A DNA stretch of 63,465 nucleotides, filler included, from Cercozoa sp. M6MM (GCA_040357565.1; 15 parts of 15 records of this genome joined end to end with filler, not necessarily neighbours in it), one strand, 5' to 3'. Counted from the first letter of the whole stretch, positions 11,691-24,952 are shown. Notes: generated from the letters alone by a model not told the origin. A program made the numbers and translations.

Positions 11691-14600
11691 ATGCGCAACT
11701 TTGACTTGAAACCCATCTACCCAACCAAACCGTCTGTACGACTCGTGCTAACAGCTTGTTTGGTAAAAAAGTCGAGATACTGTTTAAAGTTTACCTGTTT
11801 TGTTTACGGTTGCGTTTATTTAGTTGGCATGCATCTGGTCGTTAGTAGCATGGAAGCCTTCATTTCATGAGCTCACACAGCTTGGTGAGGATTCCCATGA
11901 GTGGGAGGACGTTGCAGACACATTGACGAAAGATGATATGCAACATCCACCTTACGAAACACACATTAAGAACAAAATCCTTCTCCTTCTAGATACGGGA
12001 GTGACTTCTTTGCACCGCATCCTGCCTGCGATTCGGTAAGTTCTCGCGGTTTCGTTGTTAGTGATGCCTTTTGCTCGCGGTTTAGTTCACTCGTACCGGT
12101 TTTGCAGGCACTTACATCGAAGAGGCGCCCCAGCTATGCTGCTCCATGCACACCGCTTCCCATACGCAGTGAAGCAGGTACATTCTGGACAGTGTTGCTA
12201 AACAAAGTACTACAAACGCGGCAACTGAACTCAATGACACTGTCTGTCAGTGGATGACGGCAGGTGCCTTAGGAGACACGATTGGATGGATTGAAGGTGG
12301 CTACCTTCTAAACGAGTGGTTACATGACGAAGAAACTATGCGCACGGTAAGCCGCAAGTTCCGGCGTGCACTGAAGGCGTACGATCGCGGCATTCGACTG
12401 CACAATCTCGCTATTGACGCAATGCTCCCTCAGGGCCACCACGATTTCAGTGACGCTATCAACTGGAAACTAGAACGACGGTACTGCATTTACGTTACTC
12501 GATGTTGTGCCACCAAGTCCGCCGCTGGCTGTCTCGTGATAAAAAGAGTCGATTCTTACTCCATTTTGCAGGTACCTATTGGATCGTGTGTGGGCCTTCC
12601 CGAACGAATGGTTTTCCCATGTCGCATCCCACAGAAGGGTAAACCAAATTTCGGACTTTAAATGACCTTGTGAGTGCGACGTTAAACATGCCACTTCGAC
12701 ACACAGGTTGCAGGAGCCAGAAGCTCGTTTGCGCCAGTGATCGACAAGCTGTGTGAGGATGTAAATTTAATGTCTGATCATTGAAGTGCAAAAACATAAC
12801 ATTAAATCTTACTGGGAAATGAACAACTTTATTGTTTTCCTGCGTTGAGTAGCTTGCTCTTGTCCTTCGAAAATCTCGACTGCGCGACAACAAGAACGCC
12901 CGCAAACTCGTGCAGGATGCAACTGCAATGAACTTCGCAGTGTCAACTTCAACTCTTGTCAGCGATTTTGCCTGCCGCGTGTTGAGTACAATTTTGTTCA
13001 CTATGTGCGTGCATTACATGAAACAACATCTTACCCCGATGCACGATAAAATTTTAAAAGATGCAAGTTCTGAAGAGCTCTTGACCATGCGCGACAATCG
13101 CTTTGGGATGCGCCACAAACGAGCCCCCATGCAAGTTGCGTTCAAGGCACTTTACATGGTAAACATTTAAACTGCAAACGTATAGTACCTTGTTGCCATC
13201 CGCTGATAGCATTGTAAATTTCTATCGTGAAGGTACGACTCGGAGCCTTGTTAGATCCACTCGCCCCAGAAAGTGGCTTGTTGTCGCTCGCAATGAGCGG
13301 GCATGCTGGAGGTAGTCTTGAAACACTAGGTCGCGTGGCTATGGTACAGCTTGTTGTCCTATCTGTTTGTCGTCAGTTCTAAATTTATCTGGTATTACTG
13401 TACACGGCCTAACTAGAGTATGGTTGCCAACGACACCGACGCGGCAATGCAACAAGAACGTGTGGAACAGACGCTCAAGCGGCTTGGCAATGAATCGCAC
13501 CTCCGAACCCCGTCTCAACCTGTTGTAATGTCTCGGTATAAGCTGTCTTCACTGCCAAATCGCGCTATTTGATGGTGTTCATTCTGTGCACGCGCTCCGG
13601 TAAATGTAGGGGAAAATACGAACCTGTGTCAATATGGGTGAATACGGACGACGATAGCAAAGTGAGTTTTGTGGGTACGGCTCGACAAACTAGCGTTCCT
13701 CGCCCTTTGAGTCGTTGTATTTTGTGTAGGTGCTGTTCGACAATCTTGCTCTTCATAGGCTCTTGCGCGGTATAGCTTTTACATCATGGTTGCTTGATAA
13801 GCCTGACAGAGCGGATTTCCGCAGACAAGAAAAAACAACAGCAGGACATGCCGTGGATTGCCGGGAGAGTAGTTGGTTCGTCACTCGGCCTGTTCACGCA
13901 GGTAAATTTTATGTTCCAAGCAAAAATACAATACGTCCATTGCAATACCGGTGCACATGATAGCAATACCTATAGGGCGTGTTGTCTATCGCACCACTGG
14001 AAACACTGTGGATGGCACGTGATGACTCTGACCCGACCTCGCCCGAACGCACACGTCTTCGCAAGGAGTGCATTCACCGATACCGTAGCTCAACCGTATG
14101 GGCCGCAGCAAAGACGGTTATGGATTTGTTTATTTTCGTCAGTTGAGTTTCCTTTTGGCGATTCGACGCAAAGCGAGTGCTTGAAGCGGCTGATATCAAG
14201 ACGCTACGACCACAATGTGGTACTGTGCCGGAACGCTGCACGGCGGTGAGACAAGTCATCCATTGTTGTTTAACACAGACCCAAGAGGGACCACTCGACA
14301 AGATAACTACGAAGCCCAAGCTCTCGTTTAAAGGTGTCGCCAATGACGATCCAAACGGTGGCATGCTAGCCGCACACAAGGAGAACACAACTGCTTGGAA
14401 CTGGCTTAAGGTACTAATTTAACGACATACCAGTATGAAATTAAAAACACAGTGCTTGACCTAATATCTGCACTGCGATCACAGGAAAATAGCCTTCCTG
14501 GATGGTTAACGCGGCGTCACGAAACGGTGCCCCTCATAACTGTACACCGACATGCATTCGCGGCTGAGGCAGAAGTGTTCTACGAATGCCAGACCAAGAT

Positions 14601-14930
14601 TGCGCGAATGTATGTGCAATGGAAGAATAATGATTCTCTCCTAAAACCGACGGTATCCCGTGCATTTACACGCGCCAACGCTCGTTCCGGCGGACGCAAC
14701 GACATCGCCATCCCTACCACTCTGCTGTCAGCTTGCTTGCGAAATAGCTTGATTCTATCGGACGGCAAGCGGCAGAAAAAGTACATTCACAGGATGTGTT
14801 TTTTGTTGCACTATCGCTTTTCGTCACGTATGCACCAATCCAGAAACGGTTCTTTGTACGGAGCAGCGCCTGTCGGGTGGGATGTTTTCGAGTAGACATT
14901 GGAGCCAGTTTAGATCTTATGGTGTTTTAA
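11691..14930 (+). CDS. Hypothetical multi-exon type II membrane protein
   Basis: Spliced start MRNFDLKPIYPTKPSVRLVLTACL/LACIWSLVAWK (N-terminal TM anchor), then chained exons through ORFs 11824, 12254, 12910, 13730, 14177 and 14452. No family motif recognised; 3' structure uncertain. Confidence 0.45.
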
Positions 14931-15791
14931 ACAGCTTTTAAATCAATATTAACGAGTGTCAGTAGTATAGATTCCTCTATCTAGCACTGTCCTCTTTCAG
15001 GCATTTTATTTTTACACGCAAATCGACAATGGCCCCGTACCATCGCTGCTCGCAACTACACTGCCCGTGCCAGGTGGCTCAATCAACCTACGGATTCGCT
15101 GCGACACCAAGTATCGTGTTATGTACGCAAGTGAAGCTTCACTTGCCATATAATGCTGGATATAAACTGAATGATCCACCGTTTTACATGCACTCCAGTT
15201 TCTGTTCTGACTCGCAACAGGCCCAAGCAACACGCGACTGAAAGTCAATACAGCGATCGGAATGCACTGCTTTCATACCAGCTCGAACTTGAGCAAATTC
15301 AAACTGTTCGATGGGCGCGTAATCAATCTCTGATTCATTCGCAATCAATGCTCAATTTGAACCCTACTGTGTATACTGTACACGTTTTTCGCCGCCTATT
15401 GTTGAGACTTCAATCGAACAATGTCGGAATACTCAACAATGGTAGTGCTGCACTCCTTTGCCACTGCTCGTGGCTGCACTGCACTGGCACCATATTAACA
15501 CGACGCATAACAAATGGGATACTCGCAACCATGCGCAGTCGGAGCAGAGTCAAACTTTACCTCCGGGCTCGTCGCCGATGTCAACGCAATGTCCTACACT
15601 AACTATCGTATGCAACGAATAGCCACACAGGGTCGCGTGTACGTACGATACTAAGACAGAGCTTCGCGGAGCCTCCGCAGCTGTTTTTTTTNNNNNNNNN
15701 NNNNNNNNNNNNNNNNNNNNNNNNNNNNNNNNNNNTTAATTAATTAANNNNNNNNNNNNNNNNNNNNNNNNNNNNNNNNNNNNNNNNNNNN

Positions 15792-16983
15792 CCCCAGACG
15801 AAACATAATTCGATTTTATATGGTGCAGCAGCTTAAAGAGTTCAAAGTTTCCGGAGCAACAGTGACGCGCCCGCTCATTCGCGCGGTACGGTTCACACGG
15901 GATCCGACTCAGTGTCCAAGTTTCACTTCTTCCTTTCACGTTGCAGACAACGGTGCTATTCCGAGAACGAACGCCTGTCAGACTGCAGCCTTTTGTCAGC
16001 GAGACTGGGTAAATTAAATTCTACACAGTTCCAGTAAATTAAACTTGTTGTTGAGGACTTGCAGGAGGCAGTTCTGTTGTAGTCCGGTTGTAGTCCAGCT
16101 GCTCTGTACTTACTGTATCATGCACAGGTTCGAAGAAGTCATGCACAAAAGACAGAGGCAGAGCGACATGTGCTTTCGTCGGAGAGATCGTGACACTTTG
16201 CGCAGAAATATCACGCTGCGACTGACGCTTTCGCACTTGACTACAATCGCCAAAGAAAAGCAGTAATTTACAGATACTTGTGCTTCCACTTGGTCGAGAC
16301 TATGTCTACACGGAACAATTGGTATTAGAGCTACAGTACAGTTTTCGCGAATGCTACCAGAATAAATTTGTTAACTTTGCTTAGGTGACTGATAATATAT
16401 GGACGTCCGACACTTACGTAAGAAGAATCTAAACAGATTCAAGGAGGTGTGCGTAAGTTGTTCCAGCAGATGGTACCACAAATGGCGACGGCGGTTTTCT
16501 CGGTCTGTCGGATGGCGCTTTCTGAATCGAAACCGACGGCCGCAGTTCCCGAACTTGTAGGACAACTATAGATATACGTGTGTGTCGGTGGGTATTTCTT
16601 AGCAACGAATCTTCTGTCAAAGATCGCGGATTTTGAGGTAAACTTGCGGTTTGCGCACAAGGAGACCGGTTTCGGCTCCGATGAGCTTTCGACGCAGCTT
16701 CGGTTGCTTGCTGAGGCGAAAGAACTGTTCATTAAAGCGGTACGGTCTTTTCGCTGGTTTACACGTGTGACATGTTGTATTATACCGCATGATGAAATAG
16801 AGCGACGTGTCATCGGAGTTGACTCTAGTGATTCAGCAGTGCGAGGAGGCTACCAATGTGTACGACGCGAAGTTGCTGTCAGTAGGGTCAACATCTGGTC
16901 AGACGGAAGACAGCGCGCAGTGGCAGCAGCGCTGGCAGGATCCGTCGCTTGTCGAGAGCTACCTCGCTGTGCTACAAAACCAA
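15792..16983 (+). CDS. Hypothetical protein fragment (multi-exon)
   Basis: GT-AG-bounded helical peptides such as IQGGVRKLFQQMVPQ, ETGFGSDELSTQLRLLAEAKELFIKA and WQQRWQDPSLVESYLAVLQNQ. Confidence 0.4.
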
Positions 16984-17071
16984 GTTAATGCGCGTACCGT
17001 ATCTCTCCTCTCTTCAGAAAATGTAGTTAGCTTTGCCAGTGCAATTTACTGTCTGTTGTCTTGCCTGACAC

Positions 17072-17119
<48 letters not shown>

Positions 17120-17324
17120 NNNNNNNNNNNNNNNNNNNNNNNNNNNNNNNNNNNNNNNNNNNNTTAATTAATTAANNNNNNNNNNNNNNNNNNNNNNNNN
17201 NNNNNNNNNNNNNNNNNNNGGGGTAGGGGGGTAAAGGGGGTGGGGTAGGGGGGCAAAGGGGTGGGGTAGGGAGTAAAGGGGTGGGGTAGGGGGTAATGGG
17301 AGGGGCGGGTAAGGAGGGCAGTGC

Positions 17325-19999
17325 CTTTGAGCAGCAGGAAGGAGTGCTGCGAGTCGAGATCGTCGGCGTCGAAAACGCGCTGCACGCTGCCGTGACACAG
17401 ATCGATCAGAACGGGACGGTTGTTCCGATCAGTGATCGCAGAGTGATCAAAGTGATCGCCACGTGACACGGTATCAGTGACACCGTCATTGGCACCGTCA
17501 CTGGCACACTCGCACGTCACCTCGTCGCACGTGTCCGTGGCCACTGCGCGCGCGAACTCCTGCGCAGACACGCCCTTAACAAAGAACAGGGGACACGTGC
17601 GCAGACACTGCGCAGTACCTGGACCGACGCAATGATGCGCACCGTGCCGGGTGCCGACTCACGGTGTATCAGCCACTGAGTCACAAGGTACCACACCGGT
17701 GCAAGAGGTACCACAGCACACAGACAGGGAGTACCCGCAGTGCCGTGTCGAGGTGCCGCACTTCCCGCGTGTGCTTCTGGGGGAGGGGTAAGGGGGAGGG
17801 GTAAGGGGGTAAGAGGAGTAAGAGGGGGGTAAGAAGGGGGGTAATAAGGGGGGTAAGAAGGGGGGTAAGAAGGGGGGTAAAACCTCCGACACACGCAGCC
17901 GACGCGCCAGAGCGTCGGACACGCGATCGACGTCGTCGTTGACGAGGCACGGCACACCGTCACTTGGCACGTGCGCACTCGTGGGGTCACTCGGGTGGTC
18001 ACCTGGCACGTGCGCACTCGTAGGGTCACTCGGGTGGTCACCTGGCACGTGTGACACCTGGTGTGACACGTGGTGTGACACGTGCGCACTGCGGCCTGTT
18101 GCAACAACACTCGTGTCGACGTAGACGAGCACTTCGTCCTCGCGGACCAGCAGGTGCGTGACCTGCGGGTCAATGTTGACAGTGCGGTCACTGCGGCCGC
18201 TGTCGTCCGCGCGGACAGCGGTGTTGTCCACGTCGATCAGCACCGGCACTGCGCTGTCGCGAAATGTCACAAGTCGCGCCAGTCGCACGCCACGTTCCGG
18301 CACGCGACTCTGGGTGGGTGGAGGGGGGTAAAGGAAGTAAGGAGAAGGGTGAAGGGTACCTGCATGCCCAGGCGTGTGCCCCAGCGCAGCAGTTGACAAA
18401 TAAAGTTGAGATTCGGATTCGCAAGCGATCGCTTCTTTCGCAGCAGCGCAAACGCCTGCACACAGAGCAAATACGCTTATTTGGACACTACTCGGGACAG
18501 GTGGACGGTCTGTTTGGACACATACCTGGTCAAAGTCGATCCGGAGGTGAAACATGAGGTAGGCGATCGCCATTGTGACACTTCTGGACACTCCTGTCCC
18601 ATACAGAATCGAATTCAGTGCAGTGCAGTCTCAACATTGCAAACATTGCCGCTACCTTTCTCGCAGTGCACTAGCACTCGTCCGCCTGAGCAAGGGGAAA
18701 AACGGGCGCTCAGCAAAACTGAACTGACACACGAATCCAAGCTTAGCTACCCTGCCGGCGGGCCTCTTCTATGAAATCGCAGAACGGATGTAGCAGGCAC
18801 AGCACATTCTCGTCGCTCCTGCGTAAAGGGTGTGACGAGACAAAACCAGAAATTTAAATTCGTGTGTGTTTTGTCGCCAAGCATGCGTGGGTGTGGCGTG
18901 GCATCAAAGTGTTTTAGCACTGTACCCACTGTCGCGCAAATCGATCGACCAGTACCTCACCGACCAGTTGTCTTCCTGTGACATACGGGAGAGTCAACTG
19001 ACATAGCGAGTAGAAACAGGAGGCAAGAATACGTCCGGCTCAGCGAAGCAGTCGCGACACACAGCACTGGCGCAGTTGGCCACGTGCGTTATCTTATGTG
19101 CCTTGAGCAAGCTCCTACAAGCACAGGCATTTAACACATTTTTCAGACATTCGCACAGGCAATACGGACAGACACACTTGTTTTCCGACGCGTACTTGTC
19201 ACCCAGAACGAGAAAGTCCAGCAGCGTACTAATGCGACCTATTTGCAAAATACTGTAACTTGAAAGTGTGCGAGTAACGCCAAACGTACCTCTGGCACGC
19301 CGCAAGGCAGTAGAGCGTCGCACCGACTCGTGTCCGTACCACCTGGAGCGAGATCGAGGCTGCAGGGGAGAAGCAAGCGTGAATGAGAAAAATACGGTGC
19401 AGTCGCACCTTACTCTATCAAGAGAAAATGGCACCGTCTGCTCAGTCCACGAGGCGTAGGACTTTGACTGATCGTTCGTCGGCCGAGTTGACACCGAGAT
19501 TGTCGGCGGACGCCATGTCTCCATCGAAACCCACAAAAACTGACTCGGTCCCCTACAGCAAAAGCGGAGCGATAACCGGGACCCAAAACCACACCACGTC
19601 CTAGTGTCCCGACTCACCTTGGTCCCAGTTTAAAGACAGCGCCTCGTGTCACAACAACAGGAAGACTCGGACTTTGATCGGGCACGTGGACGGCTCGGTG
19701 CGTTTTTTTTCGGTCGCCGATGATGACGGTTGGCCACTTTTTGAACCGCTCTTCTGGTTTCAATGGTACCTTATTGCCGCGCAGCGAGCTTCCAGTGCAT
19801 GCAAAAGCCCGCGCTCGATAGCAGGACGCCAACGGCCGTATTTCGAGTGTGCTTTTAATTTTTCTGCAATGAAGATGTGCGCTCCCGGCCACACCGTCTT
19901 GATTGAGACGCTCGCGAGTGCCGGGTGTGTACTAGGAGTTGCTGATAGTCTGGTAAGTGTGTGTGTGGTGCCTTTTGAGTCTCTATCGTTCGCTGGCAT
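17325..19999 (-). CDS. Dual-specificity MAPK phosphatase, plant MKP1-like (DSP + gelsolin-like repeats), 3' partial
   Basis: Spliced catalytic loop VLVHCEKG/VSRSVTMAIAYLM, plus ITHVANCA and ANPNLNFICQLL. The C-terminal VFDADDLDSQHSFLLL resembles the gelsolin-like region of plant MKP1. Confidence 0.88.
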
Positions 20000-20048
20000 G
20001 GCAATCTAGGTTTTTGGCGTTTCTCTGAGTGTGTTCAGCGCCGGTCCA

Positions 20049-20979
20049 ATGCCTGCGACGGCGTCATCGAGTGGCTACACACCGGTGTGCGAGGAGTGTC
20101 GCACGGCGCAGCACGTGCTCGCAGACTACCGGAGTGGACGGTGCCAAGCAGCCACACTCGTGTCAAGTGCAGTCAGTCCCTGACTGACTGAGTCACTGAC
20201 TGACTGAGTCGGTGCTCTGTGTGTGTGCTCAGATGGGTCTGCACTCACTGCGGTCTCCAGTGCGGCGGCCAGATCGTTGCCGAGGTGTCTTTCTGCCCTT
20301 CAGATGATTGTATATATGTAAATATATGTGTGTGTGTGAATATATATATATATATAGATCTAGATATATATACCTGGGAGTAGGGCAGCGAGTGGCGCAG
20401 CTTCGACGACGACAAGGGCGGCGCCGATCCTTCGCGTGTTGGTGGGGGGTAAACAGGGGGGTAAACAGGGGGGTAAAACGGCGTGTGTGATGTGGCAGGC
20501 GGACCGTCGGACGTGCTGCTGGGCGACCTGGATCTGCACACGACCATCAGCGCCGTGCGTGGTGCCGATGATGAGGTCGGCCTCTTCCTCTACCCTTCCT
20601 CTACCCTTCCTCTATCCTGCCTTTACCTCTCCTATCTTTGTCGATCCTTCCTCTATCGTTCCTGTATCCTTCCCGTACTATTCCTACATGTCTGCAGACA
20701 GGAGCATTGGAACGAGCGCACCGACAAACTGTGATGACTGCCGATGGTACCTTTGGTGGGGGGGGGGTAAGGTTCGTACCGGACGCGTGAACTCGAGGAG
20801 TCGTCCCATGTCGACAATGGTGCCGAACATGCGTCGCAGCAGTCGCTCTGTGCCACACACGCAGGAAGACATACCCCCCTTTACCCCCCCCCCGGTGACA
20901 AATACAGCGCGCGAAATCTACAAGTCCGTGCACGAGACACAGGTACATACACATTCATACCTGCCTACGTCCAGACATA

Positions 20980-21011
<32 letters not shown>

Positions 21012-21806
21012 TTATACACACCTATGTATAATCTGTGTGAACACAAAGGAACTCAAGACGACGGCCGACAAAACCGTGTCGCTCGTGATGCTTTACACTG
21101 CCGCCAACATTCAGGGCATCCGGTATCGTACATACATATGCATATGTATATATATATATATATACTTACAGATACATAACATGTATACTTACAGATACAG
21201 AACAATGTATACTTACAGATACATAACATGTGTACTTACACATAACATATGTGTGCACGTTACATGTACATGCACAATGTAGAGTGGAGTGGAAGAAACT
21301 CTGCGCACGCGCTGACGTCGAACTGCGGGTGAGTCTCCCCCCTTACCCCCTTACCCCTTTACCCCCCCCCCCACAGTCAGATATACCGGATTGCACAGGC
21401 CTTCAAAAAGGCGCACGGGAAACTCAAGGATCTCGTGCGACAGAGGTTTGTCACGCGCTGCCCCCCCCCCCCTATATACCCTCTGTTGCCCCTCCCTGTA
21501 GGAAAGTGGTGTTGCCTCGGAGAGCGGCGTCGGTGCTCGAAAGCTCCAGTTCCGACAAGTGCGTTTCTCTGCAAGTCACAGAGGGAGAGGGAAAGATAGG
21601 AGGGGAAAAGCGACACAACACACACATGTGGGTGAATGGACAGGGCCAAGAGTCACGTGCCGCGCATAGTGTCGCGCATGTCACTCAGTGAGGCGACACG
21701 GCAGGCGGCAGTGCACGTGGTGCGACGTGCCTACGAACTGCACAAGGTCGACGGACGCACACCGCAGGCCGTGGCCGCCGCCGCCATCCTGCTGGCCGCT
21801 CGCACT
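20049..21806 (+). CDS. Transcription initiation factor IIB (3' partial; one exon, 20780-20847, lies on the minus strand)
   Basis: Zn ribbon CEEC..DYRSGRWVCTHCG, B-reader GSEWRSFDDDKGGADPSRVGGP, and cyclin repeats including GRTPQAVAAAAILLAAR. Confidence 0.92.
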
Positions 21807-22026
21807 GTAGCCTCCTAATTCCTCTGACCCCTCTTTAGTCTCTTGACCCTTTTGACTCTTGCCCCGTGACCCTTTTGACTCTTGACCCTTGACCCTCTTG
21901 ACTCTTGACCCTTGACCCTCTTGACTNNNNNNNNNNNNNNNNNNNNNNNNNNNNNNNNNNNNNNNNNNNNTTAATTAATTAANNNNNNNNNNNNNNNNNN
22001 NNNNNNNNNNNNNNNNNNNNNNNNNN

Positions 22027-23600
22027 GCGTGCTGCTGCAGGGTACACTCTTACCCCCCACTTTGCCCCCCTTTTCCCCCCCCCCTTTTCCCCCCCCCCCC
22101 CCAGGAAACGTACCGACTGGTGTCGAGCAGCACGGCGGTGCAAAAGAAATTTTCGCGAAACCGCGCATCGCAGAGGATCTCTCGCCTACACAAAAGGTAC
22201 CACTGACTCCAGTTGGCACGTGCCACCTCTCCAACTGAGCACGTGCACAAGGTACCAGTGATCGCAGCGAGCCAATTCCGACAGTGCACGCAACAGCAGA
22301 CCTGCAAGAGTAGGTCAGAGGGGTCAGAGGGGGTCAGAGGGTCAGAGAGGGTCAGAGGGAAGAGGGGGTATGCGAGGTAGGGGGTAAAGGGGGTAAAGGG
22401 GAGGGAGGTAAAACGCACCGATAGGGTTGCCCAGTATGAGGAGTTCCTTGTGCTGCAAATGCCGATGCAACAAAATAACGTCGTCCAACACGGCATTTAC
22501 TCCGCTGCGCCACTGTCGNNNNNNNNNNNNNNNNNNNNNNNNNNNNNNNNNNNNNNNNNNNNNNNNNNNNNNNNNNNNNNNNNNNNNNNNNNNNNNNNNN
22601 NNNNNNNNNNNNNNNNNNAAGGGGTAGGGGGTAAAGGGGTAAGGGGTAGGGGGGAAAGGGGTATGGGATGGGGGCATAAACTACGCAACAGCGATAAACG
22701 CGCGAAAGCGTCGCTCAACGCAACCGCGCGGTCCAGTTTCGCGTCTGCCAAAAATACAAGGTGTGTGGGTGTATAAGGGTAAAGCGGTAGAAAAGAAACC
22801 AAGTGCATCGCCGGTTTCGCCTGCGTCCGCGCGGACAGTGACGGCGCGGTGCAGCGCCAGCAAAGCGGCGCATCGGTCGCGCTGCAGCGCAAAGTCGCTC
22901 AGCCACTGCAGCTGCCGCACCTGTCACTCCAACAGGCAAAGTTATTTCGACTCAACTCAACTCAAAGCAAAGCCCTTTCGACTCAAAGCTGCTTCAATTC
23001 AACTCAAAATCAAAGCAGAGCGAGTTTCGACTCAACTCAAAGCTAGTTCAACTCAGCAATTTCAACTCAAAGCAGCGCAATTTCAACTCAAAAAAGAGCT
23101 CTATCAACTCAAAGCAAAGCGATTTCAACTGAAAGCAAAGCTATTTCAACTGAAAGCAAAGCTATTTCAACTCAAGTCAAGTCAAGTCAAGTCAAAGCAA
23201 AGCTGTACCAGCTGAAAGTGTTCGTGTTCGGTGAGTCGCGTCAGCGCGTGTCGACACTGCGCCAGCACGGCGAGCCACGTGCCACACAGTGCCTGCCCAC
23301 CAACAAGTCTGTCCGACCGTGTGACCAACCAGATTGTTCCTACCATGATGGTCACGAGTATCTGCGGCACTGGCAGAGGCGAGTACTCCGCGAACAACAA
23401 CTGTGGGGGGGGGGGGGAAGGGGTAAGGGGGTAGGGTAGGGTAAAGGGAGAGAACGGCAGAACAGCCCACCAAGTACGACACAAAGTCGAAAAGATCGAG
23501 CTGCAGATCGCGCTCCGTCACGTCGCCGCCACGCTCGTTTTTCCGACGACGGTTTTCGCCACTGCGTTCCGCGCGGCCGATCTCCCTGCGCACGTGGCAT
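22027..23600 (-). CDS. Hypothetical helical protein fragment (multi-exon)
   Basis: In-frame spliced exons, e.g. LQLDLFDFV, LLFAEYSPLPVPQILVTIM and LGNPIG/LLLRALSELARCDHW/REILCDARFRENFF. One intron carries a (TTTCAACTCAAAGC)n array at 22945-23200. Confidence 0.55.
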
Positions 23601-23843
23601 CACTCAGTCACTCAGTCGGCACGTGCTCACTCTGCCACTCAGTTGGCACGTGCTCACTCTGTCACTCAATCAGATAGTGTGTACCTATCCAGTGAGTGCA
23701 GTAGTCGCGCGTTGGCGCCCTGTGGCAGTTGGGGGGGGGGGGGNNNNNNNNNNNNNNNNNNNNNNNNNNNNNNNNNNNNNNNNNNNNTTAATTAATTAAN
23801 NNNNNNNNNNNNNNNNNNNNNNNNNNNNNNNNNNNNNNNNNNN

Positions 23844-24158
23844 CAGCTGCAAAGCCTAGTGCCAGAGGAGCCGGCGAAGGACGAAAGTGACGTGATTGAA
23901 CTGCACCTGCGACTGCCGAACGGAGCCTCGGCCCGCCGACGCTTCCGTCTGTCGCACACGATCGAGCAAGTGCGCGCCTTTGTCGAGGTGCACCACGGCA
24001 CGCACTTGGTGGCGCCGTCCGACGACAGGGCCATTGAGAACTGGGCGCTCTTGCAGAACATGCCGCGGCACGTCTTCAACGACCTCCAGCAGACGCTCGG
24101 TGACGCCGGTCTGCGCCGCGCCGCGCGACTCTTCGTGCAGGAGCAGTTCGATGCGTGA
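23844..24158 (+). CDS. UBX-domain protein, C-terminal exon
   Basis: VPEEP..IELHLRLPNGASARRRF..LLQNMPRHVF..TLGDAGL..LFVQE is a typical C-terminal UBX domain. Confidence 0.88.
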   Translation, partial: QLQSLVPEEPAKDESDVIELHLRLPNGASARRRFRLSHTIEQVRAFVEVHHGTHLVAPSDDRAIENWALLQNMPRHVFNDLQQTLGDAGLRRAARLFVQEQFDA

Positions 24159-24887
24159 GTTCCGTTCCGTACTGTGTTCACTCAGTTCACGTCATTTAGT
24201 CTTTTAGACTTCGGTCGAGTTTAATTATCCATTGCATCAACCATGATCCACAAACCTCGCTCAGACTCGACTCGTACTTTAAGGAAGACGCGATTAGTCC
24301 GAGGCGAGCACAGCCTGGATGCGGAGGATTAGAAGACATACCCTTGTAGAAAAGGTCGTCGAAAGCTCGAAGGCTTGTTGATGGCAAGTACCTTCGCTTG
24401 CTTTAAAACCTAATAACTGACTCAGTGGGTTGCTGTTGCTGTAGCTGGATACTTTGCAGAGAAGCAGAAAGCTCCTTCACTGCTTCAGCCTGGTCAGCTC
24501 ATTGGCTGGTTTCCATTCCACTCACTTCGTAGTGTCTTTCTTAAACCTTGGTCGAGATCCAGTGGGATCACTTCGAGACCCAACTCAGTGACGACTTATC
24601 TTACTGATGAGCAATTGACACCAGCATTAAAAACTGCAAACACTCTGCCTGAAAACAGAGGCAAGGACTTGCCGTCCCTTTCGGTCGTAAGTTAGACGAA
24701 AGCACTTTTGTGCACTCAACTGGGCGGTTCGACGCACACTAAGCTTAATGTGGACGCTTAACGAGCAACTAACAAAGTCAAAAGAATCAACTGAACTTGA
24801 ACTGCAATTAACGTCGACGCTTTTTGCCTCGGTTGCGCTGGTTAGCACGCATCGCAGCTTTCTGCGGACAGAATGATAACACAACCA

Positions 24888-24952
<65 letters not shown>

